A stretch of DNA of 64,000 nt, taken from Hyphomicrobiales bacterium (lineage in GTDB: Bacteria; Pseudomonadota; Alphaproteobacteria; Rhizobiales; Xanthobacteraceae). The stretch is from assembly GCA_038230475.1 (NCBI GenBank), contig JBBRNE010000012.1:4413-68412 (forward strand), read 5' to 3'. Of this stretch, positions 38,969 to 49,114 are shown in pieces. The notes under the pieces are model-generated. The model ran no database searches, was not told the DNA's origin, and was given only the letters and a program-made list of their open reading frames with translations. The translations under genes were made by a program, and so were the position numbers. Within the stretch, counting starts at the first letter, position 1. Each line of letters starts with the position of its first letter.

Positions 38969-39535
38969 ATGAACGCATCACCGCCAGAGGTCTGGCACGG
39001 CACAACGATCCTGACTGTCCGCAAGAATGGCAAGGTTGTTATCGGCGGCGACGGCCAAGTGTCCATCGGCCAGACCGTCATCAAGTCCAACGCCAAAAAG
39101 GTCCGCAAGCTCGGCAAGGGCCAAGGAGGCTATGACGTCATCGGTGGCTTTGCGGGCGCGACCGCCGACGCCTTTACTCTGTTTGAGCGGCTCGAAAGCA
39201 AGCTCGAACAGTATCCCGGGCAACTCACACGCGCCGCCGTCGAACTTGCGAAAGACTGGCGCACGGACCGCTATTTGAGACGGCTTGAGGCGATGATGAT
39301 CGTCGCCGACAAGGACGTGTCGCTCGTGCTGACCGGCACCGGCGATGTGTTGGAGCCCGAACACGGCGTCATGGCCATCGGCTCGGGCGGAAACTATGCG
39401 CTGGCGGCTGCACGCGCATTGGTCGATTCGGACAAGGACGCTGAGACCATCGTGCGGCGCGCGCTGGATATTGCGGCTGATATTTGCGTCTATACAAATC
39501 GCAACGTCACCATCGAGATGCTGACGAGCGGTTGA
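38969..39535 (+). CDS. hslV: ATP-dependent protease peptidase subunit HslV
   Basis: HGTTIL (N-terminal Thr after processing), [22 protein letters not shown]. Confidence 0.97.
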   Translation: MNASPPEVWHGTTILTVRKNGKVVIGGDGQVSIGQTVIKSNAKKVRKLGKGQGGYDVIGGFAGATADAFTLFERLESKLEQYPGQLTRAAVELAKDWRTDRYLRRLEAMMIVADKDVSLVLTGTGDVLEPEHGVMAIGSGGNYALAAARALVDSDKDAETIVRRALDIAADICVYTNRNVTIEMLTSG

Positions 39536-40023
39536 TGGCAAGTTCGTCCTACGAATTCCAGCCGATGACGACGGACGATCTGCCGCTGATCCGCCGCTGG
39601 CTTGAAACCTCGCATGTTGCGGAGTGGTGGCACGATCCAGTCGAGCAGTTCGAGCTTGTGAGCGGCGATCTCAATCATCCCGACATGGCGCAGTTCATCG
39701 TTCATGCGGATGCTCGTCCGTTCGCCTATCTGCAATGCTACAACCTTAGCGACTGGAATACCGGGTTCGGCGTTCAACCCGACGGCACGCGCGGTCTCGA
39801 TCAATTCATCGGCGAAGCCGATATGCTTGGACACGGCCACGGCGCGGCTTTCATCCGTGCATTTGCCGAACGTTTACTCGCGAGTGGCACGCCGCGAGTC
39901 GTGATCGATCCAGACCCGAACAACGCACGCGCTATCAAATCCTATGAAAGCGCCGGATTTCAACGCTCGCACATTGTCGATACGCCCGACGGCCCCGCAC
40001 TATTGATGGTACGCAACGCATGA
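39535..40023 (+). CDS. GNAT acetyltransferase of the AAC(6')-Ib/siderophore-acyltransferase-like group
   Basis: [47 protein letters not shown]; TGATG overlap with hslV and ATGA overlap with hslU. Confidence 0.8.
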   Translation: MASSSYEFQPMTTDDLPLIRRWLETSHVAEWWHDPVEQFELVSGDLNHPDMAQFIVHADARPFAYLQCYNLSDWNTGFGVQPDGTRGLDQFIGEADMLGHGHGAAFIRAFAERLLASGTPRVVIDPDPNNARAIKSYESAGFQRSHIVDTPDGPALLMVRNA

Positions 40024-41324
40024 CGGACTTCTCCCCCCGCGAAATCGTTTCCGAACTCGATCGTTTCATCGTCGGCCAAACCGACGCCAAGCGCGCGGTA
40101 TCGATCGCGCTTCGCAACCGCTGGCGACGGCTTCAACTCACCGGCTCGCTGCGCGAAGAAGTGCTCCCGAAAAATATCCTGATGATCGGACCTACAGGCG
40201 TGGGTAAAACCGAAATAGCGCGGCGGCTGGCGCGCTTGGCCGGCGCGCCGTTCATTAAGGTGGAGGCGACGAAATTCACCGAAGTGGGCTACGTCGGCCG
40301 CGACGTTGAGCAGATCATTCGCGATCTCGTCGAGGTAGCGATTTTGCAAACCCGCGAGCGCAAGCGCAAGGACGTTGCCGCTAAGGCGCAACACGCAGCC
40401 GAGGAGCGCGTGCTCGACGCACTGGTGGGGCCCGCATCGAGCCCCGCGACGCGCGAATCCTTCCGCAAGAAATTGCGCACCGGTGAACTCAACGACAAGG
40501 AGATTGAAATCGAGACGCAATCGTCGGGCGGCGGTTCCCCGATGTTCGAAATTCCCGGAATGCCGGGTGCGCAGATGGGCGCCATCAACATCGGCGATAT
40601 TTTCGGCAAGATGGGCGGGCGCAAGAAAACGCGCCGTCTCAGTGTGGTCGATTCGCATGAAATTCTCGTCAACGAGGAGAGCGACAAGCTGCTCGATGAC
40701 GATTCTCTGACACTGGAAGCGATTCAAGCTGTCGAGAACAACGGCATCGTGTTTCTGGATGAGATCGATAAAATTTGCGTGCGCGACGGTGCGCGAACAG
40801 GCGATGTATCGCGCGAGGGCGTGCAACGCGATTTGCTACCGCTCATTGAAGGCACCACCGTCTCCACCAAACACGGCGCGGTGAAAACCGATCATATTCT
40901 TTTCATTGCGTCCGGCGCGTTTCACATCGCCAAACCTTCCGACCTATTGCCGGAGTTGCAGGGCCGACTTCCGATTCGTGTCGAGTTGCAGGCGCTGACG
41001 CGCGACGACATGCGGCGCATTCTGACAGAGCCAGAGGCCTCGTTGCTCAAGCAATATGTGGCGCTGATGCAAACCGAAGGCGTCACGCTGGATATTACAG
41101 ATGATGCGGTCGATGCGCTGGCCGACGTCGCGGTGGCCGTGAATTCGAGCATCGAAAATATCGGCGCACGGCGTCTGCAAACCGTCATGGAACGCGTGCT
41201 CGATGAGATTTCATTCGTCGCACCCGACCGCAACGGCGAGACGATTCGTATCGACGCAGATTATGTGAAGAAGCATGTCGGCGATCTGGCGAAAAACGCC
41301 GATTTAAGTCGGTTTATCCTTTAA
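40020..41324 (+). CDS. hslU: ATP-dependent protease ATPase subunit HslU
   Basis: [51 protein letters not shown]. Confidence 0.98.
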   Translation: MTDFSPREIVSELDRFIVGQTDAKRAVSIALRNRWRRLQLTGSLREEVLPKNILMIGPTGVGKTEIARRLARLAGAPFIKVEATKFTEVGYVGRDVEQIIRDLVEVAILQTRERKRKDVAAKAQHAAEERVLDALVGPASSPATRESFRKKLRTGELNDKEIEIETQSSGGGSPMFEIPGMPGAQMGAINIGDIFGKMGGRKKTRRLSVVDSHEILVNEESDKLLDDDSLTLEAIQAVENNGIVFLDEIDKICVRDGARTGDVSREGVQRDLLPLIEGTTVSTKHGAVKTDHILFIASGAFHIAKPSDLLPELQGRLPIRVELQALTRDDMRRILTEPEASLLKQYVALMQTEGVTLDITDDAVDALADVAVAVNSSIENIGARRLQTVMERVLDEISFVAPDRNGETIRIDADYVKKHVGDLAKNADLSRFIL

Positions 41325-41379
41325 TACAGCGCATGACGTTATGGGAAAACTGCTTCACACTTTTCGGCGGTAAGCGCAT

Positions 41380-41973
41380 CTACCTCGCACGCCTCACGCG
41401 CACATAGAGCGCGCCCTCTCCGCCGTGGCCGATATGCGCCTGCTCGAAGCCGATAACGACGCTGCGAAACTCCTGCAGACCGAGCCATTCCGGCACCATT
41501 CGCCGCAACAGACCGCGCTCCGCACCCGGCTCGACCGTGCGGCCTTTTCCGGTAATCACAAGCACGAGCGCGAAACCGTTGTCACTCGCATCGTAAAGAA
41601 ATCTTCGTAGCGCGCGGTGCGCCCTATCCTGCGTCATGCCGTGAAGATCGAGCCGCGCGTCGATGCCCTTCTTCCCACGTGAAATTTGTGTGCGCTCGCG
41701 GCGACCGATTGGCGCGAGCGGCGGCGGCGAAGGCTGCTTGATGCTGACCGGATTTGTTTGCGGTATTTTTTTCGGCTTTTTAATTGATGTTGACGGCGAT
41801 CGTGGGGGCCGCGCAAGCTCCGCAATATCCGCGGATGCGGCCAACGGTTTCACTGATTTCCCCCTCTTCGGCAAAGGCTTCGCCTCCTTCGTCACGCTCT
41901 GCCAAAGTTCAATCTCTTCGCCGCTCAACGCGCGCTTGCGGCGCGGGGGATCGAGATTCTTCGGGCGCTTCAT
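41380..41973 (-). CDS. Stand-alone Smr/MutS2-domain protein
   Basis: LDLHG, LVITGKG, HGGEGALYV. Confidence 0.92.
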   Translation of the reverse strand: MKRPKNLDPPRRKRALSGEEIELWQSVTKEAKPLPKRGKSVKPLAASADIAELARPPRSPSTSIKKPKKIPQTNPVSIKQPSPPPLAPIGRRERTQISRGKKGIDARLDLHGMTQDRAHRALRRFLYDASDNGFALVLVITGKGRTVEPGAERGLLRRMVPEWLGLQEFRSVVIGFEQAHIGHGGEGALYVRVRRAR

Positions 41974-43535
41974 CGGCGATGACGCCAGCGTCGCGAACGC
42001 CGCTGCGGCTCGACTTTCGCTTCCACTTTGGTTGGCGCTTCCTTGGGGCGCGCCTCGGGCAGTGGAATCAGTGAAGGTGGTGGCGTCTGCAACGCGATTA
42101 CCGGCGTATCTTTACTTACAGGCGGGTCCGATTTGTCTTTCGCTGAATCCGCCGTCGCCGGTTGGGCGCTGTCCTTCCGAGGAAACAATTTCGCTATCCG
42201 CTCGGACGGACGATCCGCAGGAAGCGGCATGGTCTTGCCGCGCGCGACGGGATCGAGGCTTCGCGGCAATAACATTGCGAATTGCGCGGCGTTCTTCAAT
42301 CGCCCCGCGACGCGCCCGGCATCCACTCCCGCGCCGAAATAAATATCCGCGCGTGCAGGGCCGACGATGGCTGAGCCTGTGTCCTGCGCCACCATCAAAC
42401 GACGAAACGGCGTGTTGGATTTTTCTGACTCGATCGGCAGATCGCCTGAGATGAAAAACGGCGTGCCATAAACGTGCAGCGATTTATCGACCGCAATCGA
42501 GCGGCCTGCAGTGAGCGGCACGCCTTGCGCGCCGACTGCTTCGTCCTTGTCCGACAACTGCACTTCACGAAAGAAAACATATGAGCGGTTTTGACGGCGC
42601 AGTTCTTTCGCCGCATCGGGGTCCTGCTCCATATATTCGCGGATCTTCTGCATCGACATTTGTTCTTTGGGAATAATCCCGCGCTCGATCAAAACGCGGC
42701 CGACCGGCGTATAGCCATACCCGTTGTGCGCTTCATAGTTGAGCCGCACGACCGAGCCGTCCTGTACGCGAACGCGCGCCGAGCCTTGAATTTGAATAAA
42801 CAGCAGATCGGTCTCGCTCTTGAGCCACACGACTTCGAGCCCGCGACCCGCTATCGCTCCGTCCTCGATCTCGGCTCGATCGTAATACGGCACGAGTTTT
42901 CGACGTCCGATCTTGCGAAACACGTCACCCTTGTTCGGCAGACTTGTGCTGGCTTGGGAAAATCCGCGCACGAACAAGTTGGAAGGGCGGCGATACAATG
43001 GCACTTGAAAGAGATCGCTTTTGGTGCGCGAACCATCCACCACCGGCTCGTAATAGCCGGTGACGAATCCCGCATCCTCGCCGATGCGCGAAATCTGCAG
43101 CGGCACAAAATTCTGCTCGAAAAATTCCCGCGCTCCGGCTGTGTTGGAAATGTCGGATTCGCGCGCAATCTTGCAGGGATCGCGCAGCGACGTGCCAAGC
43201 GCTTTGTTGTCGGCGGAAGGTTTCGTCTGCGCGGCAATGGACTTGCAGCTATCGCGAAATGTTTTGAAGGCGGGAAGCGGATCGTCGTCGGACCATCCGA
43301 TGACCTCGCTCCATTTCAACGGCACATATTGGCTGCCGCTGATTTCAAGCGGCCAGACCACGTCGCGATAATTATTAACGTGATGCGTACCGCCCGGCGT
43401 GTGATAGCGCTCGCGGCGCGCCTGCGCTTCATCGCCCGCCCATGGCGGGAAAAAAATCAGTCCTACAGCGCACAGAAGCAGCCATGCGCCGGATAATACC
43501 AGAACCGATTTATCAGAGGCCGCTCTCGGTGCCAA
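41970..43535 (-). CDS. mltA: Membrane-bound lytic murein transglycosylase A
   Basis: GFVTGYYEP, FIQIQGS, SYVFF, SIAVD, AQDTGSAI..RADIYFG; probable TTG start overlapping the tim44 end; Pro/Lys-rich C-tail. Confidence 0.92.
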   Translation of the reverse strand: MAPRAASDKSVLVLSGAWLLLCAVGLIFFPPWAGDEAQARRERYHTPGGTHHVNNYRDVVWPLEISGSQYVPLKWSEVIGWSDDDPLPAFKTFRDSCKSIAAQTKPSADNKALGTSLRDPCKIARESDISNTAGAREFFEQNFVPLQISRIGEDAGFVTGYYEPVVDGSRTKSDLFQVPLYRRPSNLFVRGFSQASTSLPNKGDVFRKIGRRKLVPYYDRAEIEDGAIAGRGLEVVWLKSETDLLFIQIQGSARVRVQDGSVVRLNYEAHNGYGYTPVGRVLIERGIIPKEQMSMQKIREYMEQDPDAAKELRRQNRSYVFFREVQLSDKDEAVGAQGVPLTAGRSIAVDKSLHVYGTPFFISGDLPIESEKSNTPFRRLMVAQDTGSAIVGPARADIYFGAGVDAGRVAGRLKNAAQFAMLLPRSLDPVARGKTMPLPADRPSERIAKLFPRKDSAQPATADSAKDKSDPPVSKDTPVIALQTPPPSLIPLPEARPKEAPTKVEAKVEPQRRSRRWRHRR

Positions 43536-44214
43536 CGAGCTTCCAGTTCGGATCGCGCGAGGAAATATCACGAGCGAAAGTCCAGACATCGGTGACGTCG
43601 GTCAGCTTGTCGGCGCTGCCATCGACGACATTGCCGTCCTTGTCGCGCGTGACCGAAATCATCTGCGACACGAAGCGTAGCGTGATCTGCGCCATGCGGT
43701 CGCGAACTTCGGCATTGCTGATCGCCGCCTTGTCGATCGAGGCGAAGCGCGTCTCAACCTTCTCGCCGCGCTGCTCGCGCTCTTTAATGGCTGCGTCGAA
43801 GCCGTCATAGACATCGGACGACAGCAGGTCCTTCAGCGCGCGGCGTTCGCCGTTCGCAAAAGCCAGCACGATCATCTCATAAGCGCTTTTCGCGCCGGTG
43901 ACGAAATGCTGCGCGTCGAATGACGGATCGGTGGCCGCAATCTGGTCGAGACCCTGAGCGAGAGCAGAGCCCGCGTCGGCGACCCCTTTCCAGCGATCCG
44001 GAGCCGTCGCGGGTTCCGCAGATGGTGCAAGCGGTGTCTGATCCGCGACGTGACCCGGCATCGGCACCACATTGTCGGTCGCGCCGTGCAACACGTCGCG
44101 CGCCGCGCGGTCGAACGGCGGACGCTCGTCGCCTGTGCGCTGACCCAGCACGCTGCGCAAGCGCAGAAAAATAAAGACGGCCAAGGCCAAAAAGATAATG
44201 GTGTAGATGTCCAC
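43513..44214 (-). CDS. Tim44/TimA-family membrane protein
   Basis: N-terminal TM plus LRSVLGQRTG, FVTGAKSAYEMIVLAF, DVWTFARD..PNWKL. Confidence 0.9.
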   Translation of the reverse strand: MDIYTIIFLALAVFIFLRLRSVLGQRTGDERPPFDRAARDVLHGATDNVVPMPGHVADQTPLAPSAEPATAPDRWKGVADAGSALAQGLDQIAATDPSFDAQHFVTGAKSAYEMIVLAFANGERRALKDLLSSDVYDGFDAAIKEREQRGEKVETRFASIDKAAISNAEVRDRMAQITLRFVSQMISVTRDKDGNVVDGSADKLTDVTDVWTFARDISSRDPNWKLVGTESGL

Positions 44215-44313
44215 GTCGCGGTCACTTTCTGATCGGTATCAGGGCGCTCATTGACAGAGCGTCCGCTTTGGCGCGTGGCGCCCAGGATTGTCACTAACAA
44301 GATCGTTATTAAT

Positions 44314-44342
44314 ATGTAGGCACGAAAGCCGGTTCAGCCAAC
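44314..44342 (-). promoter_or_regulatory. Candidate RpoH-type promoter for tim44-mltA-smr
   Basis: Minus strand GTTG-N18-CCTACAT. Confidence 0.4.
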
Positions 44343-44638
44343 GTCACCAAACGCCGCGCTAACGGAATAAAGTCATGATGGTGGACCGACACTTCACACT
44401 CGGTACGGCCAATTTGGCTCAGTTCTAGCCGATACGGCGGGTGCGGCCAACCTTCCAAGAACCTTCAAAGGCCGGATTGAGGGCTATCGTCCTTGTCGAA
44501 TGCGGCAAGCCTATGATAGCCACTCGCCTCGATTGAGCTTCGCACGTCGCATTCACAGCGAATTGGGCACTTTAATTGCCGATTTTGCAGGCGTTTGCTC
44601 GCGCTCGGTCCGGCTTTCACCGCTCTCGGAGAGATATC

Positions 44639-45115
44639 ATGACCAACGGAAATGGCGCGCCTGTCGAGAACGCCGCCCCACCCCAGCTCAACGTACTGGC
44701 GCAATACATCAAGGATCTGTCGTTCGAGAATCCGAATTCTCCGGCGTCGCTCGGTCCACAGGAAAAACAGCCCTCGATCAACATCCAGATCAACGTGACT
44801 GCGAATAACGTCGGCGAAAACGATTATGAAATCGCGTTGGCGGTCGAAGGTAAGGCCGAGCAAGAAGGCAAGCTGCTGTTCGCATTCGAGCTGATCTATG
44901 CCGGCGTGTTCCGCGTGCAGAATGTCGCGCAGGAAAATCTGCACCCGCTCATTATGATCGAATGCCCGCGGCTGCTGTTCCCGTTCGCGCGCGAGATCAT
45001 TTCAACCTCCGTGCGCAACGGCGGCTTCCCGCCGCTGATGCTCGACCCGGTGGATTTCGTCGGATTGTATCGTCAGAACATGGCGCGGCAGGCGGAACAG
45101 CTCAAGCCGAGCTGA
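44639..45115 (+). CDS. secB: Protein-export chaperone SecB
   Basis: [30 protein letters not shown]. Confidence 0.96.
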   Translation: MTNGNGAPVENAAPPQLNVLAQYIKDLSFENPNSPASLGPQEKQPSINIQINVTANNVGENDYEIALAVEGKAEQEGKLLFAFELIYAGVFRVQNVAQENLHPLIMIECPRLLFPFAREIISTSVRNGGFPPLMLDPVDFVGLYRQNMARQAEQLKPS

Positions 45116-45137
45116 AATTATCCAACTGACTTGGCCG

Positions 45138-45833
45138 CTAGCTTTCAGACTTGAATTCGTTCCACAGCGCGCTTTCGCCGAGCGTGGCGACGAAGTCTAC
45201 ATGCGCTGCGACGTCCTGTTCGGAAAGCCGTGGTGCGAGCGGCGTTTCGCGCAAGCGTCGAGGTTGGTCCGATTGCCCACCTGAAAATGACTGACGGGTT
45301 TCGGCGAGAATCATCTGCGACTGACGCGCGCCGATCAGATCGATATACACTTCTGCGAGCAATTCGGCGTCGAGCAGCGCGCCGTGTTTGGTGCGACGTG
45401 AATTGTCGATCGCGTAGCGTGAGCAAAGATCATCGAGCCGGTTCGACACGCCGGGATGCTTACGGCGCGCCAAGGTGAGCGTATCGACGAGGCGGTCGCG
45501 CGAGATCGCGGCGCGCCCTACCTTACCCAGCTCGGCATTGATGAAACCAATATCGAACGATGCATTATGAATCACGAGCGGCGCATCGCCGATGAATTCC
45601 AGAAATGCGTCCGCCACGGTGGCGAACAGCGGCTTGTCGGAGAGAAACTCGCTCGATAGACCGTGGACGTCGAACGCTTCCTTTGGCATGTCGCGTTCGG
45701 GATTGAGGTAGACGTGATAGGTTTGACCGGTCGACATGCGGTTGACCATCTCGACACAGCCGATTTCGACCAGGCGATCGCCGCGCAGCGGATCGAGGCC
45801 AGTGGTTTCGGTATCGAGAACGATTTCGCGCAT
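45138..45833 (-). CDS. dnaQ: DNA polymerase III epsilon subunit
   Basis: [21 protein letters not shown] (DEDDh exonuclease). Confidence 0.96.
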   Translation of the reverse strand: MREIVLDTETTGLDPLRGDRLVEIGCVEMVNRMSTGQTYHVYLNPERDMPKEAFDVHGLSSEFLSDKPLFATVADAFLEFIGDAPLVIHNASFDIGFINAELGKVGRAAISRDRLVDTLTLARRKHPGVSNRLDDLCSRYAIDNSRRTKHGALLDAELLAEVYIDLIGARQSQMILAETRQSFSGGQSDQPRRLRETPLAPRLSEQDVAAHVDFVATLGESALWNEFKSES

Positions 45834-45858
45834 TTCGATGTATCGTCAATTTCGAGAA

Positions 45859-46458
45859 TCAGATCCGCCGTTGCGGCATCTTAACGGCTTCAGCGAGAAT
45901 TTCCTCGATCCTTTCGCGTACCGGATCGAGTCCATGCGACGTATCCACGATAAAATCCGCGCGTTTGCGTTTTTCCGCGTCCGGCGTCTGTCGCGCCAAA
46001 ATCGCGTCAAACTTTTCGTGGGTCATGTTCTCGCGCGCGAGAATTCGCGCACGCTGAATCTCTGGCGTCGTCGTGACAACGACAACCGCATCGACGCGCG
46101 CCTCGCCGCCGGTTTCGAACAGCAGCGGAATATCGAGCACCGCCACCGGCGCGCCGGATTTATCCGCGTCGGCAAGAAATTTCTGCTGATGGGCGCGCAG
46201 CATCGGATGAACCAGCAATTCCAGCTTCTTCATCGCCTCCGGGTTGTTCACCACCATCGCGGATAATTTCTGCCGGTCGACTTTGCCGTTCACAGTACTG
46301 CCGGGAAACGCCGCTTCGACTGCCGATGTCGCTTCGCCTTCATAGACCAGATGCACCGTAGCGTCGGCGTCATAAACAGGCACGCCGGCCTCCGCGAACA
46401 ATTTCGCGGTGGTGGATTTCCCCATTCCGATCGATCCGGTCAGGCCCAGCAACAACAT
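45859..46458 (-). CDS. coaE: Dephospho-CoA kinase
   Basis: [24 protein letters not shown]. Confidence 0.96.
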   Translation of the reverse strand: MLLLGLTGSIGMGKSTTAKLFAEAGVPVYDADATVHLVYEGEATSAVEAAFPGSTVNGKVDRQKLSAMVVNNPEAMKKLELLVHPMLRAHQQKFLADADKSGAPVAVLDIPLLFETGGEARVDAVVVVTTTPEIQRARILARENMTHEKFDAILARQTPDAEKRKRADFIVDTSHGLDPVRERIEEILAEAVKMPQRRI

Positions 46459-46472
46459 GAGCTCACTCGCAA

Positions 46473-47081
46473 TTACACGGTCAGGAGATTTTCGCTGCGC
46501 AGATAGCCCAAGAGCGGCAGCAGCGGAAGTCCCAATATCGTAAAGTGATCGCCTTCGATCCGCTCGAACAAATGCGCGCCGAGGCCTTCCAGCTGATACG
46601 CGCCAACGCTGGTCGTGACAGAAGTGCCTGCGGCGTCGAGATAGGCTGCGATCTCAGCGACGGTCAATTTCCGCATCGACATCGAGGCGGCGCTGGTGTG
46701 GTCGAACAAAGATCGCCCGTCTTTGAACAGGTTCACCGCGCTATGCAACTGGTGGGTTTGACCGGCAAGCGCCTGTAGTTGAATTACAGCAGCGTTGCGA
46801 TTGTCCGGCTTGCTGAACAGCCGCTCGCCGAGTGCAAGCGTTTGGTCGGCGCCGACCACGTAGCGGCCGGAATGCTTTGCGGAAACATGCCGTGCTTTTT
46901 CAAAAGCCAGCAGCGACGCAATTGCACTCGCGTCCGTCAAGCCTGAGTTCTTTTGAATGGCGCGTTCGTCGATGTCCGCTGGCACTGTCTCGACATTCAA
47001 TCCGGCATCGATGAGCAGCGTTTTGCGCGTTTCACTTTGCGAGGCAAGAATCAGCGGCTGTTGCGCGCGCCACACCGACAT
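46473..47081 (-). CDS. maf: Maf-family nucleotide pyrophosphatase
   Basis: LILASQS, DIDER, VVGADQ, FSKP, GAYQLEG, ILGLPL. Confidence 0.92.
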   Translation of the reverse strand: MSVWRAQQPLILASQSETRKTLLIDAGLNVETVPADIDERAIQKNSGLTDASAIASLLAFEKARHVSAKHSGRYVVGADQTLALGERLFSKPDNRNAAVIQLQALAGQTHQLHSAVNLFKDGRSLFDHTSAASMSMRKLTVAEIAAYLDAAGTSVTTSVGAYQLEGLGAHLFERIEGDHFTILGLPLLPLLGYLRSENLLTV

Positions 47082-47086
47082 CGCGA

Positions 47087-47923
47087 TCAGGCTTTCTGGC
47101 GCTGACGGTCAGCGTATAATTTCATGACCGCCGCAGCCGTTTCCTCGATCGAGCGGCGGGTGACGTCGAGCAGTTCCCAATTATATTTCGCACTCAGCTT
47201 GCGTGAGAACGCGACTTCGTCCGCCACCGATTTGCGGTCGATATAGGCATCGTCGCCGGTCTTGGCGCCAAGTCCAAGCAGCCGATTTTGTCGAACCTGG
47301 ATCAATCGCTCAGGCGTGGCATGCAGATTGACCACGAGCGGCTTTTTTAGAATTTCAAGCTGATGCGGAATCGGAATTCCGGGCACTAAGGGGACGTTGG
47401 CGGTGCGCACGCCGCGATTGGCGAGATAGATCGACGTTGGTGTTTTCGACGTGCGCGATACGCCGACAAGAACGACGTCGGCGTCTTCCAATCCTTCAAC
47501 GTGCTGGCCGTCGTCATGCATCATGGAATAGTTGAGCGCGTCGATGCGCTTGAAATATTCGGAGTTGAGCGTGTGCTGCGCACCGACGCGCTGCGAGGTT
47601 TCAGTTCCCAAATATGCCTGAAACAATTGCATCACTGGGCCGATGATCGACAGACTTGGAATATTGATCTCGCGGCATTTCGCCTCAAGCCGCTCGACGA
47701 GATCCGTTTCAAGTATTGTAAATAGAACGATGCCGGGCGCTTCTTCGATTTCCGCCAGAACGCGATCGAGCTGCTTCTGGCTACGAATTAGCGGATAGAC
47801 ATGCTCCACCGGCGAGACGTTTGAATACTGCGCCGCGACCGCACGCGCGACTGTGATGAGCGTCTCACCCGTCGAGTCTGAGATCATGTGAAGATGAAAG
47901 TAGCTACCGCTGGTAGGCATCAA
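47087..47923 (-). CDS. Pyruvate,phosphate dikinase regulatory protein (DUF299 kinase/pyrophosphorylase)
   Basis: [38 protein letters not shown]. Confidence 0.93.
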   Translation of the reverse strand: MMPTSGSYFHLHMISDSTGETLITVARAVAAQYSNVSPVEHVYPLIRSQKQLDRVLAEIEEAPGIVLFTILETDLVERLEAKCREINIPSLSIIGPVMQLFQAYLGTETSQRVGAQHTLNSEYFKRIDALNYSMMHDDGQHVEGLEDADVVLVGVSRTSKTPTSIYLANRGVRTANVPLVPGIPIPHQLEILKKPLVVNLHATPERLIQVRQNRLLGLGAKTGDDAYIDRKSVADEVAFSRKLSAKYNWELLDVTRRSIEETAAAVMKLYADRQRQKA

Positions 47924-48422
47924 CCCTTCGCCGATCTATCGTTTTCACGCCGCTGCTGTGGACCACTGTGAATCGCTGTGTGCAGCAAGGCTCCAAAACC
48001 ACTGTGAGCGAACATCTTCGAGGATAACCCGATTTTCTGTCCACAGTGCAGAAACGGGGAGAATGTTCAGCCGTTCAAGGAATGCTAATGAGCTTATGTG
48101 GATTTGTCTTGGATGAATCGCGGACGATTGGCCTTAAGTTCGTAAGACCGCACACTAATTTCTACAGACAACAATTTTCTGATAGCGGGCATAACTTCGG
48201 ATGCTATCGATGAAAGCGTCGCTTGATGTGGAAAATCTTGCGCTGGCGCTAATCACTGCAACACTAACTCTAACCTAAGAATCTAAAAAGGATTCTTTAG
48301 AAAAGTGGTGCTTGCGGATAGATCGCCTCTGGTTTCATGTATCGATGCGGTCCAACACACGCCGTATTTCTTCGTTCCAGCCGAATGAGAAATTTCCCCA
48401 GAGATTCTTCTGAGTTTTCACG
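47924..48422. other. Probable chromosomal replication origin (oriC)
   Basis: Non-coding and AT-richer. TGTGGAAAA (48227-35) fits TTWTNCACA; 2-mismatch boxes at 47957, 48037, 48097, 48313. GANTC at 47970, 48115, 48279, 48291, 48403. CTAA-rich tract at 48264-48304. Genes diverge; parS/parAB nearby. Confidence 0.75.
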
Positions 48423-48845
48423 ATGTATGAGTGGATCAAGGCGTTGCATGTGATCGCGGTCATCTCCTGGATGGCTGGGATGCTATATCTGCCGCGGTTG
48501 TTTGTTTATCACGCAGCCGTCGCCGCCGGATCTCCGCAATCCGAAACTTTCAAGGTCATGGAACGGCGGCTGCTGAAGTTCATCATGAATCCGGCGATGA
48601 TCGTTGCGTGGGGCGCGGGGCTTTATTTGATTTGGGTAGGAAATTGGCACAAAGCCGGGTGGTTTCAGGCCAAATTCATGCTGGTGATTTTGATGTCCGG
48701 TGTTCACGGCTATCTGAGTGGCCGGGTTCGGGCCTTCGATCAGGACCGCAACACCAAAAGCGTAAAATTTTATCGCATTATCAATGAAGTGCCGACCGTG
48801 TTGATGATTTTCATAGTTATTTTGGCGGTCGTAAAGCCGTTTTAG
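48423..48845 (+). CDS. hemJ: Protoporphyrinogen oxidase HemJ
   Basis: WIKALHVIAVISWMAGMLYLPRLFVYH, MERRL, RIINEVPT. Confidence 0.95.
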   Translation: MYEWIKALHVIAVISWMAGMLYLPRLFVYHAAVAAGSPQSETFKVMERRLLKFIMNPAMIVAWGAGLYLIWVGNWHKAGWFQAKFMLVILMSGVHGYLSGRVRAFDQDRNTKSVKFYRIINEVPTVLMIFIVILAVVKPF

Positions 48846-48878
48846 CAACGCGCCCGACCTCGCTGCCTAAACGATTTC

Positions 48879-48907
48879 CTTGCGTGAACCGAGCCGATTT
48901 TCTATAT
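48879..48907 (+). promoter_or_regulatory. Candidate promoter of rho (CTTG-N18-TCTATAT) with a ~200-nt leader
   Basis: cttgcgtgaaccgagccgattttctatat, followed by a C/T-rich leader up to ATG 49115. Confidence 0.5.
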
Positions 48908-49114
48908 TCGACTTCTCTCCCCGAACGCAGGCAGATGCGGTTGAGTCCCGGTTCCGATGTTGAACCGGCCATTGCATCAGGTTCGAAGCCTCCCCGGCAC
49001 ATTCTCTTTTCAAGACCTGCGGACTTCCCAAGCTTTTGACGTCCGTTTGTTCGCGAGCAAGCCGAACCGTACCCTGCATCCCTCCCCTCGAATAAACTCC
49101 ACAGGACAATCCCA

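Noticed and set aside
44448-44462. CAAC-N7-GAAC upstream of secB as a LexA box
   Set aside because: One mismatch, arises from a local aaccttc duplication, and secB is not an expected SOS gene.
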